Assembly (NCBI GenBank): GCA_024346625.1
Contig: AP024665.1
Location: 2,108,001 to 2,172,000, forward strand
Direction: 5' to 3'
DNA from: Williopsis jadinii
Taxonomy: Eukaryota
DNA length: 64,000 nt
Under the pieces are notes generated by a model, which saw only the letters and a program-made list of their open reading frames with translations, had not been told where the DNA came from and did not search any database. The position numbers and the translations under genes were made by a program. Of the stretch, positions 12,839 through 24,315 are shown piece by piece; position 1 is the first letter of the stretch, and each line of letters opens with the position of its first letter.

Positions 12839-14216
12839 TTACAACAGTTTTGTCTTTATATCATGACGCAACCTGTAGGCCATGAAGCACAACCCTAAGG
12901 AGATAAATATGAGTGGTAGGATCAAATATTTCAAGCCAGCAATTAAATCTGATATTGGAGTATCGTGATGTCTTTGCTTCTCTGCAAGCACCAAGTATTC
13001 TACTTTATTTGACAACTCCTTTATGGTTTGTTCATTTTCTCTGAGTTGATCGACGTTGTCATTGTTCAACTTCTCAATGATTGCAGTCAACTGTGTCAAT
13101 GTTGTACGTAAACCTCTGACGTTTGTTGATAAAGATTCGAAATCAACAGACAGCTGTTTGAACTTCTTCTCCTGTGCATCCAAAGAGGAGAGCTCATTTG
13201 GACTTGCACCCTCAGCGAGTGCACGTATTTGAGACTTGAGGCTTGCCAATTGTTCAAGAATCTCAGCGTTTGAATTGCCACCATTATTTGGCTCAGTTTT
13301 TTGTTTATGCTGTTTTGCCTCTTGTTTTGCCTGCTGTTTTGTTTGCTTCGGCTGTTGCTTAGATTGTTTCTCTGGCTGTCCTTCCTCATCAACTTGGACA
13401 ATCTTCTGAACTACTTTCGGTTGGAAAGCAGAGAATCCATCGTTCTCGAGAACTTCACTGATGACCCCATCATACGTCTTCAATCTCAACAGCTCGAATT
13501 GTTCGTGGACACCACCAGACTGCGCCATAACACCAACGAATCTGCCCTTTGGCAGCTTCACCCTCTTGGTCTTCAAACATATTCTATTGTTCACCTGGAC
13601 CACCAAGAAGCCATCGTAATAGGCGATTCTCAGGGTCGTTGGAACTTGTGAGTCCTGGTATGGCAGCAGACATGAACCAAACGACTCTCTGTATCTGTCT
13701 GCGTCTTCAATCGTGGAGAGATGCTTAGTACGTGTATCCAAGAAGCCATGAACAGAACTGCCCAATTCACTGTTTGAGTCTACAACCACTTTCAACCCAT
13801 CGAATTCGTTCCACACAGTATCACGGATACCACCAGTGGAGTACTGCAGTGCAATTGCACCACCGTTCTTACCACGTGAGCCCACACTACGGAACACAGC
13901 CTCCACTGTCCATCTATCAGTGTTCAGCTTTGTTGGATTGTTCAAAGCTCCCCACGTCGATGCTTTCGGGGTCAGAATGATGCGCCCTTCTTCAAACTGA
14001 GCATCTCCTTCCATCTCCCATTCTTCCTCACCGTTAGTACATCCGCTCTGTATATAATACCCGGTCCTCGTACTCACTTGGAGGGTGTAACAGGTCTAAC
14101 TTGGCCAGTTCAGGCAGTGAGAGATCTTCAATCTCCAGCTTGATGTCTTCTTCTGTGTGAGCCACAGCTGTTGATGCCAGCAGGGCAACCAGCGACCAAC
14201 AGAGCGTGAATTTCAT
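12839..14216 (-). CDS. EMP47: L-type lectin ER-Golgi cargo receptor; exons 14216-14078 and 14022-12839
   Basis: Signal peptide MKFTLCWSLVALLASTAVA; 55-nt intron 14077-14023 (GTGAGT...TACTAAC...AAG) joins the frames; lectin domain, coiled coil, TM helix, C-terminal KTKLL. Confidence 0.88.
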
Positions 14217-14484
14217 CCTATCAAACCAATGTTTGCTCTCTATCCTTGCTTGCTCTCTTCCACAGCTTCGTCTTGATAAAGAGGTTCCGATGTTGTCGGC
14301 TTTGTGTTTTTTTTGTGTGGTGGGCGCGTGGGCGGCCGACCCCCACCACGTCAGTCTTGATCTAACAGGACCGCCAGCGAGGAAGCCCACGGAGGCGTGT
14401 GTAAGCCTGTGTTGATGCTACGTGTTTCCCTACGGTATGCCTACGGTATGGTGTGTCCACCAGCGTTCAATTGAGGAGATAGAA

Positions 14485-14847
14485 CTATGGATTGTTGCAT
14501 TCGACACATTCCGACGACTCGACTTGCTTACTTTGCTGTAGTAGTGCGCCACCAGTGCCGTCAACATGGCCCAGCTTCTCGTCTGGGTAGAGGACATCGC
14601 GTACCCTCTGCTTGAGGACTTTGGAGTCGGGGAACCCGCCATCTCGCACTCTTTCCCAGATCAACACGGGCTCAGCATTCTCGTGTGCGACGGTGCTGAT
14701 CTCGAAGCACCCGCTGGGGCCTGGGATCAGGGCAACCTCGCCCAGCTGCGAGCCAAACGTCTGTAGCAGCTCCTGTAGGTACCACGCTGCTCGGAGGTTC
14801 CACTTGCACTTGGTGCAGAACGTGATGGTAACTCGTGGATATGGCAT
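14485..14847 (-). CDS. Rdx-family (SelW/SelT/SelH-like) thioredoxin-fold protein with CxxC
   Basis: ITFCTKCKWNLRAAWYLQELLQTF...GGFPDSKVLKQRVRD..LGH are typical Rdx motifs. Confidence 0.85.
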   Translation of the reverse strand: MPYPRVTITFCTKCKWNLRAAWYLQELLQTFGSQLGEVALIPGPSGCFEISTVAHENAEPVLIWERVRDGGFPDSKVLKQRVRDVLYPDEKLGHVDGTGGALLQQSKQVESSECVECNNP

Positions 14848-14848
14848 C

Positions 14849-14874
14849 GTGTGTGTGTGTGTGTGTGTGTGTGT
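14849..14874. repeat. (GT)n microsatellite immediately upstream of the Rdx start codon
   Basis: About 13 GT units seen directly. Confidence 0.9.
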
Positions 14875-15110
14875 TCTCTATGGCTCAGCGTGCAATTCCG
14901 ATGAGCCCACCGTCGAACTGTGCCGGCCCGCCCTCCAGTGCTGTAAACAGAAAAAGTGCCTTGCCTGCCCTTTGGCGGAAAGGCCTGGCCGCGCACACAA
15001 ATTCCGCTATGAAATCGGTGTTTTGTCTCGCAAGAACATCAACATCAACATCAACAACCCACAGAGACGGCGGTAACCGTGGGAAAGGGCCATAGAACAA
15101 CGAGCTGAGG

Positions 15111-17285
15111 ATGCCGACGTTTGCCGATAGCTTCTGGACACGGGACTTCCACACTGGGATCTCCACGCTGTTTGCCAAACTGAACCAGGGATGTGTTGAG
15201 AATGAGGAGTTCATCTCGCTGTTTACAGCCAGGATGGAGGGGGAGCTGGACTACGGCGCCAGGCTGACGCTTGTTGAGAAGAACAACAAGCCGTTGAAGA
15301 CTGGGTTCGATCGTGATGACGGTGCGTCCCTGAAGAACGCGTTCAAGGGGATTGCCGAGCAGATGGTGAGGGAGGGTGAGACCCACTACACCATCGGCAC
15401 CAACATTAGGCAGATGGTTGTTGATCCGTTCACCAAATGGAGCGAGGAGCACGCTCAGAGGGTCCACTACTCCGAGGCGATCCTGAACAACAGCTTGAAA
15501 GTGTACAATACGAAGTACAAAGTTGTTGAGAAGGTGTCGAAGAAGTACTTCAACAAGTGCCGTGTGTTTGAGACTTTGAAGCACGGTATGACGGAGGAGG
15601 AGGTTGTGGCACAGTTGAGCCTTGAAGAGGAAGAAGATGACGATAAGCCTGTTGCAATTGGTAAGAAGGATTACAAGGCCAGTGAATTGAAACAACTTTT
15701 GGCAGATATGCTGCAAAAGATTCCCCAGACTCAGATTAAAGTGACACTGCTGGGAACGTATGATCACGTGTCGACCGGTTCGCAGATTGCTGAATACTTG
15801 CAAAAGACTTTGCAAGTTGCTAATCTGGATGAATGTGAAATGATCGGTAACGATTTGATACATCATGGGTATTTGAGAAAAGTCAACACCTCTGTGGGGT
15901 CTACTATTGGTCAAGCAAATACATTTGTCAATTCTGGTTCCTTCCATTACCAGTGGAAGGAGCTGGCATATCATTTGGCGAATTTGCCAATTGATTCCAA
16001 TGGCACAGATCCGGTTTATCCATCAAAGATGACAAATTATATCGATGATTTGAAGTCTACCTTTGAAGAACCGTCATTGACTAAATTGAACAAAGACATA
16101 AAAGAACTGGATCAAGTTTACCGCATTGAAGTTCAAAAATTGGATAAAATACGCTGTGACCTGGAAGAACTGATGATTGACCATCTTACATTCATGGAGA
16201 AGTGTGAACTGGATAGACTGCGTGCTCTGAAAAAAGTGATTTTGGATTTCACCGCATGTATATCGAACAATATAACACAGATCAAATCATCGATAGATCA
16301 GATATTGGTCTATGAAGAGTCCATTTCACCAACAAACGACTTGTTATTCCTTTTGCAGAATTATCGAACTGGTCCATTTGAACCAAGAGTTATCATGTAT
16401 GAGAACTATTACGATTCTCCAAAACAACAGATCTTTGGTGTAAGCCTTGAGACCCGTTGTAAGAATGATACCAAAAACGTACCAATCATTGTCTCTTCTA
16501 TCCTGTCGTATATGGATACTGTCTATCCGAATCTGCCAGACGATGACGTTCGTACAAAGATCTGGCTTATACCGGTGAGGTTACAATCCACTCATGCCTT
16601 AAGATCACAAATCGAACAAGTCCATAGTGATGGGCTTACGCCTGAGTTTTGGTCAAATCACCCACCAGAGGTTATTGCAAGTGTCTTGAAACTGTACTTG
16701 TTGGAGTTACCAGACTCTTTGGTTTCAAGCTCTGTCTATGACGTTATTAAACTGATCTATCAACAGTACCCCAACGATGAGGACCAGAGAATCCTGGGGG
16801 TTTCAAACGTGCTGAAAGATTTGGACAAATCACAACTGGCAACGGTAAACGTTATCTGTACCCATTTCCAGAGGTTGATATCAATCCTTAGGGAAAACAC
16901 TCAACAACCTGACACGACCTTGGCTGAAAACTTTGAAGATGGAATATCACAGGAGTTTTCCTCTTGTATCTTAAGACCTAAACAGAATACCAATGTTACT
17001 ATGGGTGATAGACATCCATTCAGACTGGTTCATGATCTGTTGACTCATAAAAAGGAAGTTATGAGATTAGTGAAAAGGTCTGGGAGTGTTAAATCATCAT
17101 CTGCGCCGATGTCAAGTTCGTCAAGTGAGTTTTCTACCGGTAGTGGTAGTAATTCTGGGGTAAAGAGAAAGGACTCAACCTTGCAATACAGATTGAAACA
17201 AGCAGTTGAGGCACAAGCATCTCGTGAGTCTTCAAGAACACCATCTGCAAGTCAAATACCACAAATCGATACAATTCAGGAATGA
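15111..17285 (+). CDS. RGD2: F-BAR/DEP/RhoGAP protein
   Basis: FADSFWTRDFHTG..L..KL.QGCVENEEF F-BAR start; IFGVSLE and ASVLKLYLLELPDSL RhoGAP motifs; synteny with EMP47. Confidence 0.9.
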   Translation: MPTFADSFWTRDFHTGISTLFAKLNQGCVENEEFISLFTARMEGELDYGARLTLVEKNNKPLKTGFDRDDGASLKNAFKGIAEQMVREGETHYTIGTNIRQMVVDPFTKWSEEHAQRVHYSEAILNNSLKVYNTKYKVVEKVSKKYFNKCRVFETLKHGMTEEEVVAQLSLEEEEDDDKPVAIGKKDYKASELKQLLADMLQKIPQTQIKVTLLGTYDHVSTGSQIAEYLQKTLQVANLDECEMIGNDLIHHGYLRKVNTSVGSTIGQANTFVNSGSFHYQWKELAYHLANLPIDSNGTDPVYPSKMTNYIDDLKSTFEEPSLTKLNKDIKELDQVYRIEVQKLDKIRCDLEELMIDHLTFMEKCELDRLRALKKVILDFTACISNNITQIKSSIDQILVYEESISPTNDLLFLLQNYRTGPFEPRVIMYENYYDSPKQQIFGVSLETRCKNDTKNVPIIVSSILSYMDTVYPNLPDDDVRTKIWLIPVRLQSTHALRSQIEQVHSDGLTPEFWSNHPPEVIASVLKLYLLELPDSLVSSSVYDVIKLIYQQYPNDEDQRILGVSNVLKDLDKSQLATVNVICTHFQRLISILRENTQQPDTTLAENFEDGISQEFSSCILRPKQNTNVTMGDRHPFRLVHDLLTHKKEVMRLVKRSGSVKSSSAPMSSSSSEFSTGSGSNSGVKRKDSTLQYRLKQAVEAQASRESSRTPSASQIPQIDTIQE

Positions 17286-17335
17286 AAAGGAGGTCAATAA
17301 CATGTTCATACATATATATATATTATACTGAATAT

Positions 17336-18097
17336 TTATACAACGTTCTTATTCTTCAACTGTTTGAATACTGTGTAGTCGCCATCGTCATCTTCGTCAT
17401 CATCTTCGAACTTACCAGCGTCCTTGATGATCTTTTCACCCTTCTTATTTACGTAGACGATCTTGTCCAAAGGTTTCAAAGGTCTCTTGATCTGAAACTC
17501 CTTGGATGGTGATGAGGACGATATAAAAGGGTTATGTAACTCAGCTCTTTTGATGAATACCTCACCGTCATCATCTCCCGCACCGTTTGGAATTTCTTCA
17601 CACCATGATCTCTTCAGCTCATCAGTGATGACCTTAGCACTTGGTGTCTTTGGAATGATAAAGCCACCCACGTCATCCTCATCGTCCAATTCGTCTAGTT
17701 TGGAAGTTGGCTCTTCAAAGTTCAGTCTCTTCTTGAACTTGTACTCGGGACTGGCCAGATGACCCAGCTTCAGATCCTTTATACGCCCACTGCCTATAGA
17801 ACTCGGTGTCGGTGGAAACAGCGCTCTCGTTGAGATATGGCACTGCTGATTTTGCAATTGAAACCCGTCCCCAAGCGCATGTTTCTTGCGATGTCTTGGA
17901 GTCTTTGCCGGCGTATACAGCTGACGCAACGGTGACTTGGCCGACGACGTTATCCTCTGTGGTCTACCCTCCTTCTGGTTACTCTGACCCCGTACCGGCG
18001 GTGACAAATCAGCCATAAACCCTGGTGGAGGTGTATGTGGTGTAAGCAGTGGGGCTCTTGCATGTTGAACTTCCCGCGGTGGTGTCACTGGAGGCAT
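17336..18097 (-). CDS. SIC1: Cyclin-dependent kinase inhibitor
   Basis: Many TP/SP sites at the N-terminus; PKTPSAKVITDEL..W, HNPF and IVYVNKKGE match the recalled Sic1 inhibitory domain; synteny with EMP46/47. Confidence 0.8.
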   Translation of the reverse strand: MPPVTPPREVQHARAPLLTPHTPPPGFMADLSPPVRGQSNQKEGRPQRITSSAKSPLRQLYTPAKTPRHRKKHALGDGFQLQNQQCHISTRALFPPTPSSIGSGRIKDLKLGHLASPEYKFKKRLNFEEPTSKLDELDDEDDVGGFIIPKTPSAKVITDELKRSWCEEIPNGAGDDDGEVFIKRAELHNPFISSSSPSKEFQIKRPLKPLDKIVYVNKKGEKIIKDAGKFEDDDEDDDGDYTVFKQLKNKNVV

Positions 18098-18291
18098 CTT
18101 CTATGAGTCAATTGGCACGTAACTAGGGATACAGATCACAACTTTAACTATAGTAACGGGGAAATATGTGCTAGATCAACTGTTTTAAGGAGAAGATAAA
18201 AGATGATTTGAGCGAGTTGGAGAGAAAAGTGAAAAATGGCTGGCTTTTACGTAATTCTTTTGCACTTTTTGCGCTTTGTGTCTCATGCGCG

Positions 18292-18315
18292 CAATTACAT
18301 TTCCTAATTGGGTAA
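18292..18315. promoter_or_regulatory. Mcm1 site with adjacent Yox1-like site (ECB-like) upstream of SIC1
   Basis: CAATTA-cat-TTCCTAATTGGGTAA; Swi5/Ace2-type GCTGG at about 18239. Confidence 0.5.
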
Positions 18316-19113
18316 GTGCAAGTGTTGACTTCCTGATCTGGCAAGACAAGATTACCACCATGTATATAAGGATGTTGTTAGGACCTTTGGGCTTCTCGGA
18401 GTGTTGCTATTCGATGGGTGGTTAATATCAGTATGACTCTAATTGACGACTTGAATTGGCTGCAAAAGGGAAAGAAGCATTGTTTCAAATAATCTCAATT
18501 GAAGGTTTCTCAAATGAGATATAATATTACCCAGTTATATGTATTTAAAAGCAGATATGGAAGACAGTCCACACCAAATTTCCATTCCGGGTGTCTTAAA
18601 GCAAACCACAATACCATAATTATCAGACTATCTAGCACCAGAGCATATACACCCTCTCCATGGCTGAAATGCCTCAATTGCTAGTATAAACACCCACGTA
18701 CTTCACCAATATATGTATAATAATCAGGCAGCCCATGTAAAACATCCGGACACCAACAATCATCTTACACTAGCTCGGCTCAACGAACATGGCCCAATCG
18801 CACAACGAATATGGCCCAATGGCACGGCAAAGGGTGTAATGTAACCATGTCGCCAGCACCACACGACAATATCTGGCCATTTCACGGATATCCACACCAC
18901 TACAACTCCCACACCAATTGATCAACTGCCGATAACTGCGACTGTAATTGTTTCCTCCCATAACATCCTTACACCAAGAAAACGTAGCCTATGTGGTCAT
19001 CGCTTTAAAGGGGGGCGCAAGGGAGTTTTCCAATTAGTTTCAAGTTAGGGTCTATTGCCTTCTTTCACAGGATTTCTCATCAATTGTCCGTCACATCAAA
19101 TAGATAACCAAGT

Positions 19114-21151
19114 ATGAATATCGTAAAACTACAAGTAAGTGCCTTGATCCATTTCCTTCGCTGGTGAGGGGTTCATGAGTTGTTCGTTGAGCTGTTGAAG
19201 CCCGTACACTGCCCATAACCCCTTTTCACCACCCTGGTCCATGGAACCTCACTAACCATGCTGCCTTCCTTGCCAACAGAGAAAGTTCCCAATCCTCAAC
19301 CAAGAGGACCTGTTTGGTCTCATTGAGCAGTTTAGAGGACTCGACACTGAGGATAAAGGTTACGTTGAAAAGCAGGACGTTATTGAACAGCTGTCCAACT
19401 CTGGTGAAAGCTCATATGATGATGTCCGTCAAACTTTGAAACAAGTGTCTGTTGACTCCTCAGGTCGTGTTGAATTGGATGACTACGTTGAATTGGTTGC
19501 AAAGATTAGAGAGAACAAGAGTGCACCACAGAGCACCACAACTTCTTCCCCTTCAAAGATTCAACACAAGGGTACAGGTGCCAAGGCTTCAATTATCGTT
19601 GGTGGATCGCAATCAGGTACGACACACACCATCAACGAAGAAGAGAAGACCGAGTTCACAAAGCACATCAACAGCGTCCTCGCAGGTGATCCAGACGTTG
19701 GTGATAGAATCCCAATTCCAACTGATACTTTCCAGATCTTTGACGAGTGTAAAGATGGTTTGATCCTATCCAAATTGATCAACGATTCCGTCCCTGATAC
19801 CATTGATACAAGAGTCTTGAACTTCCCAAAGAAGGGTAAATCTTTGAATAATTTCACCATCTCTGAAAACGCCAACATCGTCATCAACTCTGCCAAGGCC
19901 ATTGGTTGTGTTGTTGTCAACGTCCATTCAGAAGACTTCATCGAAGGTAAAGAACACTTGATCTTGGGTTTAATCTGGCAGATCATTAGAAAGGGTTTGT
20001 TGAATAAGATTGACATCAAATTGCACCCAGAGTTGTACCGTTTGTTGGAGGATGATGAAACTTTGGAACAATTCTTGAGATTGCCACCAGAGCAGATCTT
20101 GTTGCGTTGGTTCAATTATCACTTAAAGGCTGCTGGTTGGGAAAGAAGAGTCACCAACTTCTCCAAGGATGTCTCTGATGGTGAGAACTACACAGTGTTG
20201 CTCAACCAGTTGGATCCACAATTGTGTTCTTTGGCTCCTTTGCAAACACAGGATTTGTTAACAAGGGCTGAACAAGTTCTTCAGAACGCTGAGAAGCTTG
20301 AATGTAGAAAATATTTAACACCATCTGCATTGGTTAAAGGAAATCCAAAGTTGAACTTGGCCTTTGTTGCACACTTGTTCAATACTCACCCAGGTTTGGA
20401 TCCAATTGAGGAGAATGAGGCTCCAGAGATTGAAGAATTTGATGCTGAAGGTGAAAGAGAAGCTAGAGTGTTCACTCTTTGGTTGAACTCATTGGATGTC
20501 GATCCACCAGTGGTTTCTCTGTTTGAGGATTTGAAGGATGGTACCATTCTCCTTCAAGCTTTTGAGAAAGTCATGCCTGGTTCAGTTAACCAAAGGCAAA
20601 TCAACAAGAGACCAACAAGTGGTAATGAGATCTCAAGATTCAAAGCTTTGGAGAACACAAACTATGCTGTTGAAACAGGTAAGGCAAACCACTTCTCACT
20701 TGTCGGTATTGAAGGTTCAGATATCACCGATGGTAACAAACTATTGACACTTGGTTTGGTTTGGCAATTGATGAGACGTAACATTGTGTTGACTCTTAAG
20801 TCCCTTTCAAGCACTGGACGTGATTTGACAGATGCCGACATCCTGAAATGGGCCAAGGAGAAGATCTCCAAAGGTGGTAAGACAACCACCGTTAGATCCT
20901 TTTCTGACTCTTCAATCTCCACTGCACACTTCCTGTTGGATATCTTGAATGGTATGAAACCAGGGTATGTGGATTACAACTTGGTTCACCCAGGCTCTAC
21001 AGAGGAGGAGAGATACGCAAACGCAAGATTGGCCATTTCCATTGCAAGAAAGATGGGCGCATTGATCTGGCTTGTTCCAGAGGATATCAACGAGGTTCGT
21101 TCAAGATTGATCTTCTCCTTTGTTGGTTCATTGATGGCTCTTGAACATTAA
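19114..21151 (+). CDS. SAC6: Fimbrin, actin-bundling protein; exons 19114-19134 and 19280-21151
   Basis: Spliced start MNIVKLQ|RKFPILNQEDLF; intron GTAAGT...CACTAAC...CAG; EF-hand plus four CH domains. Confidence 0.97.
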
Positions 21152-21242
21152 CATGTTTTCTTCGCGTGTATATGATGTGTTCATAGCTTATGCCCTGTAT
21201 TATATAGATGTTTGTCATCCTTGTCTGTATAGAACTGTAGGT

Positions 21243-21971
21243 TTAGTATCGTTTGGGTATTACTGGGTCGTTGTACATCCAGTCGTTGTTTTCCATATCC
21301 ATAACAATCTCTCGAAGAAAAGCAAACTGTCTTGCTGTGGTATCTTCCTCATCAACACCTTTACACAGGGCTCTTGCTCTCTTGTGATCTCGTTCTTCCG
21401 CGAGGTCTTGGAAGTACGTGAGGTATTCCTGGTTTATCAGTGTATACTCCTGCTTCTTTCTCTCGTTCATATCTCTGAGGAATTCCACATCGGCAAACGC
21501 CCTTTCAAGTGGATGGACCTTAGACAACCTTACGTTCTTGCGATCCTGAATCCTGAGCCTTTTGCAAGCCGTGATCTCTTCTCGTGAGTACCCCGGAACA
21601 GAGATCAATATATCGTCTTTGATAAGCTCTGAGCTCCTGGCAACGTTAGACAGATCGGGCTCATCATCCTCCGATCCTGAATCATCGTATCCGTCAAATA
21701 TCTCCTCAAAGGTCTGCTCTGCCTGCGAGAACGCCTGTAGCCTCGATTCACGCATGGGATGTTGGGAGTTAAACAACAGATAGTCCTCTGGACTGGTTGA
21801 CTTGTGTATCACGAACCGCGTATCGTCCATGGGCCGCTTATACTTATCACTCTGCTTTCTAAGCGTCCTGGAGAGTAAGTTTGACGCTGCCGACTCGAAC
21901 GAAGCGGGTTTCCTCGACGACACACCCTTAAAGAGCTGTCTCTTAACATCTTGTTCATTCTTCCGTGACAT
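21243..21971 (-). CDS. APC9: Anaphase-promoting complex subunit 9-like protein
   Basis: DY..F....MRESRL..F..AE and SVPGY resemble recalled Apc9 motifs; lies in the YLR100-107 syntenic block. Confidence 0.6.
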   Translation of the reverse strand: MSRKNEQDVKRQLFKGVSSRKPASFESAASNLLSRTLRKQSDKYKRPMDDTRFVIHKSTSPEDYLLFNSQHPMRESRLQAFSQAEQTFEEIFDGYDDSGSEDDEPDLSNVARSSELIKDDILISVPGYSREEITACKRLRIQDRKNVRLSKVHPLERAFADVEFLRDMNERKKQEYTLINQEYLTYFQDLAEERDHKRARALCKGVDEEDTTARQFAFLREIVMDMENNDWMYNDPVIPKRY

Positions 21972-22146
21972 CTCTACCGCTCTATTTCGGCGCCCCTTGC
22001 CGCTGTGTTGTTGTTGTTGTTATTGTTGTTGATGTTTTTCCCGTTTTCCTTTGTTTTGATTTCGAAGGCGGGCGGGTTTGTGTCGAGCATCGCTTCACTA
22101 CGAAACATATGAAAACACAGGCTCAACATGAATCATCATTGAGGTT

Positions 22147-23257
22147 CTAATTACGTTGTCTGGAGTTCGTGATCTGATCCTTTAGCTTGTCATCCCAGTC
22201 GGCTTTGAGGTCGTCCAAGTACTTCAGCAAATCCTCTGCACCGGTCTTGTCAACTTCTTGAATCTTGATATATTCATGTCCATCTCTTGTACAGGCGGAG
22301 CCATACTTGACGTCCTGCTTCTCGAAGGTTTGGCTGACGAGTCTGGCCACGTATACCGGTGCGTTAGCAGCAGTGTAGCCCGAGATGTTCATCCACGGCG
22401 AGCCCAACCATCTCACGAGGTAGAACATGAAGAGCATGCCGTAGTAGGTGAAGACGTTCAGGTACTGGAAGAATGACATGGACGTGAAGATACCGGGATG
22501 GATGAGATATTGCTTTATGCCTCTTTCACGCAACTTGTCATAGGTGGCAATGTGAAGGAGGTCGATTTCTCTTTTGGAGCCTTCGTAAGAGGAATCCGTC
22601 TTCAGTAGTTGTAAGTCGTCAAATGACAAGTACTTTGGATCAGACATGATACTCGAGATCCAAATGATTCTTCCTTTGGCGTTCTCTAACAGGGGCAATA
22701 GCTTCTGGGTTAGATAGTAGGGACCAAACACATTGCACTGGAACACAAGCCCCATTCCATCCTGAGACTTGACTCCAACTCTTTGGATCTTATAGTGAGG
22801 ATCAGTGGCACCTTTGATTGGATTTGCACATATTTCCTTCACCGCACCAATCCAATCTATCCCATCGTAGACACCTTGGGCACTGCAGGCAAAGAAGTAG
22901 TCCAGTTTTTGATATTTCTTATTCATCTCATAGTATGCGTTCAGGATGGAAACCATATCGGTGAAATCAACGAGGAGATAGTCATAATCAACAATCCCTG
23001 ACCGATCCAGCTTGTCAACGTAAGCCTTGATGTTGTCAATGACCTCACGAACCCTGGGAAGTGTACGAGAAGTTACAATGATTGTAATTCTAGTGTCATC
23101 CTCTTCAGCTTCAATCAACCGGTACACAATGTTCATACCGAGGTTACTAAAAGGGTGTTAGATTCCAGACGGGTGTGTTGGAGATAAACAAGATACGATA
23201 CCATACATACCAGTTGGTGCCGGTGATAAGGGCAACTTTCCATTGTGGTGCCGACAT
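22147..23257 (-). CDS. ERG27: 3-keto-steroid reductase; exons 23257-23211 and 23146-22147
   Basis: Spliced start MSAPQWKVALITGTNCNLGMNIVYRLIE; intron GTATGT...TCTAAC...TAG; SDR motifs NVFGPYY and YEGSK. Confidence 0.95.
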
Positions 23258-23572
23258 CTCTGTGAACTACTGAAGCCAGCTATTTATTGGAGCCTGTGAA
23301 CAGAGCATGGTTCTCTTCAATGGATGGTGTTTCCTCTCGTATAAGCGAAACGAGCGCTATGCCACCGTTGTCGTGGAAACCACTGGTTGGGACAGTACAG
23401 CAGGGAAACATCCAGACATCAAGACGGGGATTCTCGGTTGCCCTGGCGGTTGGGTTTTCGAACATCAAGCTTCCTTTGTTTACATTTCGAAAAATGTAAA
23501 CATCAGGGTAAACAACAGCGTTAACAGCCCTGTATATCAAACATTTTAAGGCCAAGTTTCCAGTTACGAAAG

Positions 23573-24310
23573 ATGAATCCATTACAAGAAGTCTCGAACA
23601 ACAAGATGCTTCAAATCCCCAAGCTTGACTTTCGAGAGAGATCACCTCCAAAGACCTTGGGGTCACCTACGAGACTATTACATTCAGCATCAAGGGTTTC
23701 CCCCTTCAAGGGAAGCAAAGCCCATATGACAGATAAGGAGATTTTTGCCACCTCACCAAAGAGACTGGGTTCTAGCTCGGTGAAGAGGAATCAAGTGACC
23801 TTGAGTGAGATGAGAACCACAATGGCACCGAGTGTTTCAATGAGGAAGCAATTCGAACAAACACCCTCAAGGATGATCTCTGGGAGAAGAAATGGCATTC
23901 ATTCAGAACAGCCGGCGTCCAGAATCCAAAGACCAACTATGAGCTCGCTAAAACGTATGGTAAATCCATCATCAGTGCCGTTGTCTGGGAATGCAAACCT
24001 TTCAAAGGAAAATCTTGCTACACCAAAAGAAGAAGATGAAAGCGTAGACAGTACAGATATGAGAACGCTTATCAACACGAAGAGAAATGCTGAAAGTGCA
24101 AGATCTGTTTTGAAATACTTGAAATCAGAAGAACAGTCACCAAAGAGGAAGAAACAGAGACTGGTCAATTTTGACTCAAAGATACATCTTGTTGATGAAG
24201 CTCCTGACTCTACAATATCGTCGCAGAATCAGACGATTGAACTCTTACAAAAGATCTTGGAAAATCAAAAACTCATACTAGAGAGACTTTCTGCATTGGA
24301 GAATAAATGA
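23573..24310 (+). CDS. FIN1: Fin1-like spindle/kinetochore PP1-regulatory protein
   Basis: D-box-like start, CDK sites, IFATSPKRL, RVxF-like RLVNF, C-terminal coiled coil; near SAC6 as in YDR129C-YDR130C. Confidence 0.6.
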   Translation: MNPLQEVSNNKMLQIPKLDFRERSPPKTLGSPTRLLHSASRVSPFKGSKAHMTDKEIFATSPKRLGSSSVKRNQVTLSEMRTTMAPSVSMRKQFEQTPSRMISGRRNGIHSEQPASRIQRPTMSSLKRMVNPSSVPLSGNANLSKENLATPKEEDESVDSTDMRTLINTKRNAESARSVLKYLKSEEQSPKRKKQRLVNFDSKIHLVDEAPDSTISSQNQTIELLQKILENQKLILERLSALENK

Positions 24311-24315
24311 CTATG

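Noticed and set aside
14034..14077. Apparent frameshift or split of EMP47 (likewise HRT3 and IOC2)
   Set aside because: Explained by short spliceosomal introns that restore the frame.
15051..15974. 307-aa antisense ORF and other long antisense ORFs (e.g. 29369-30103, 48536-49051)
   Set aside because: They are shadows of real genes on the opposite strand and carry no independent motifs.
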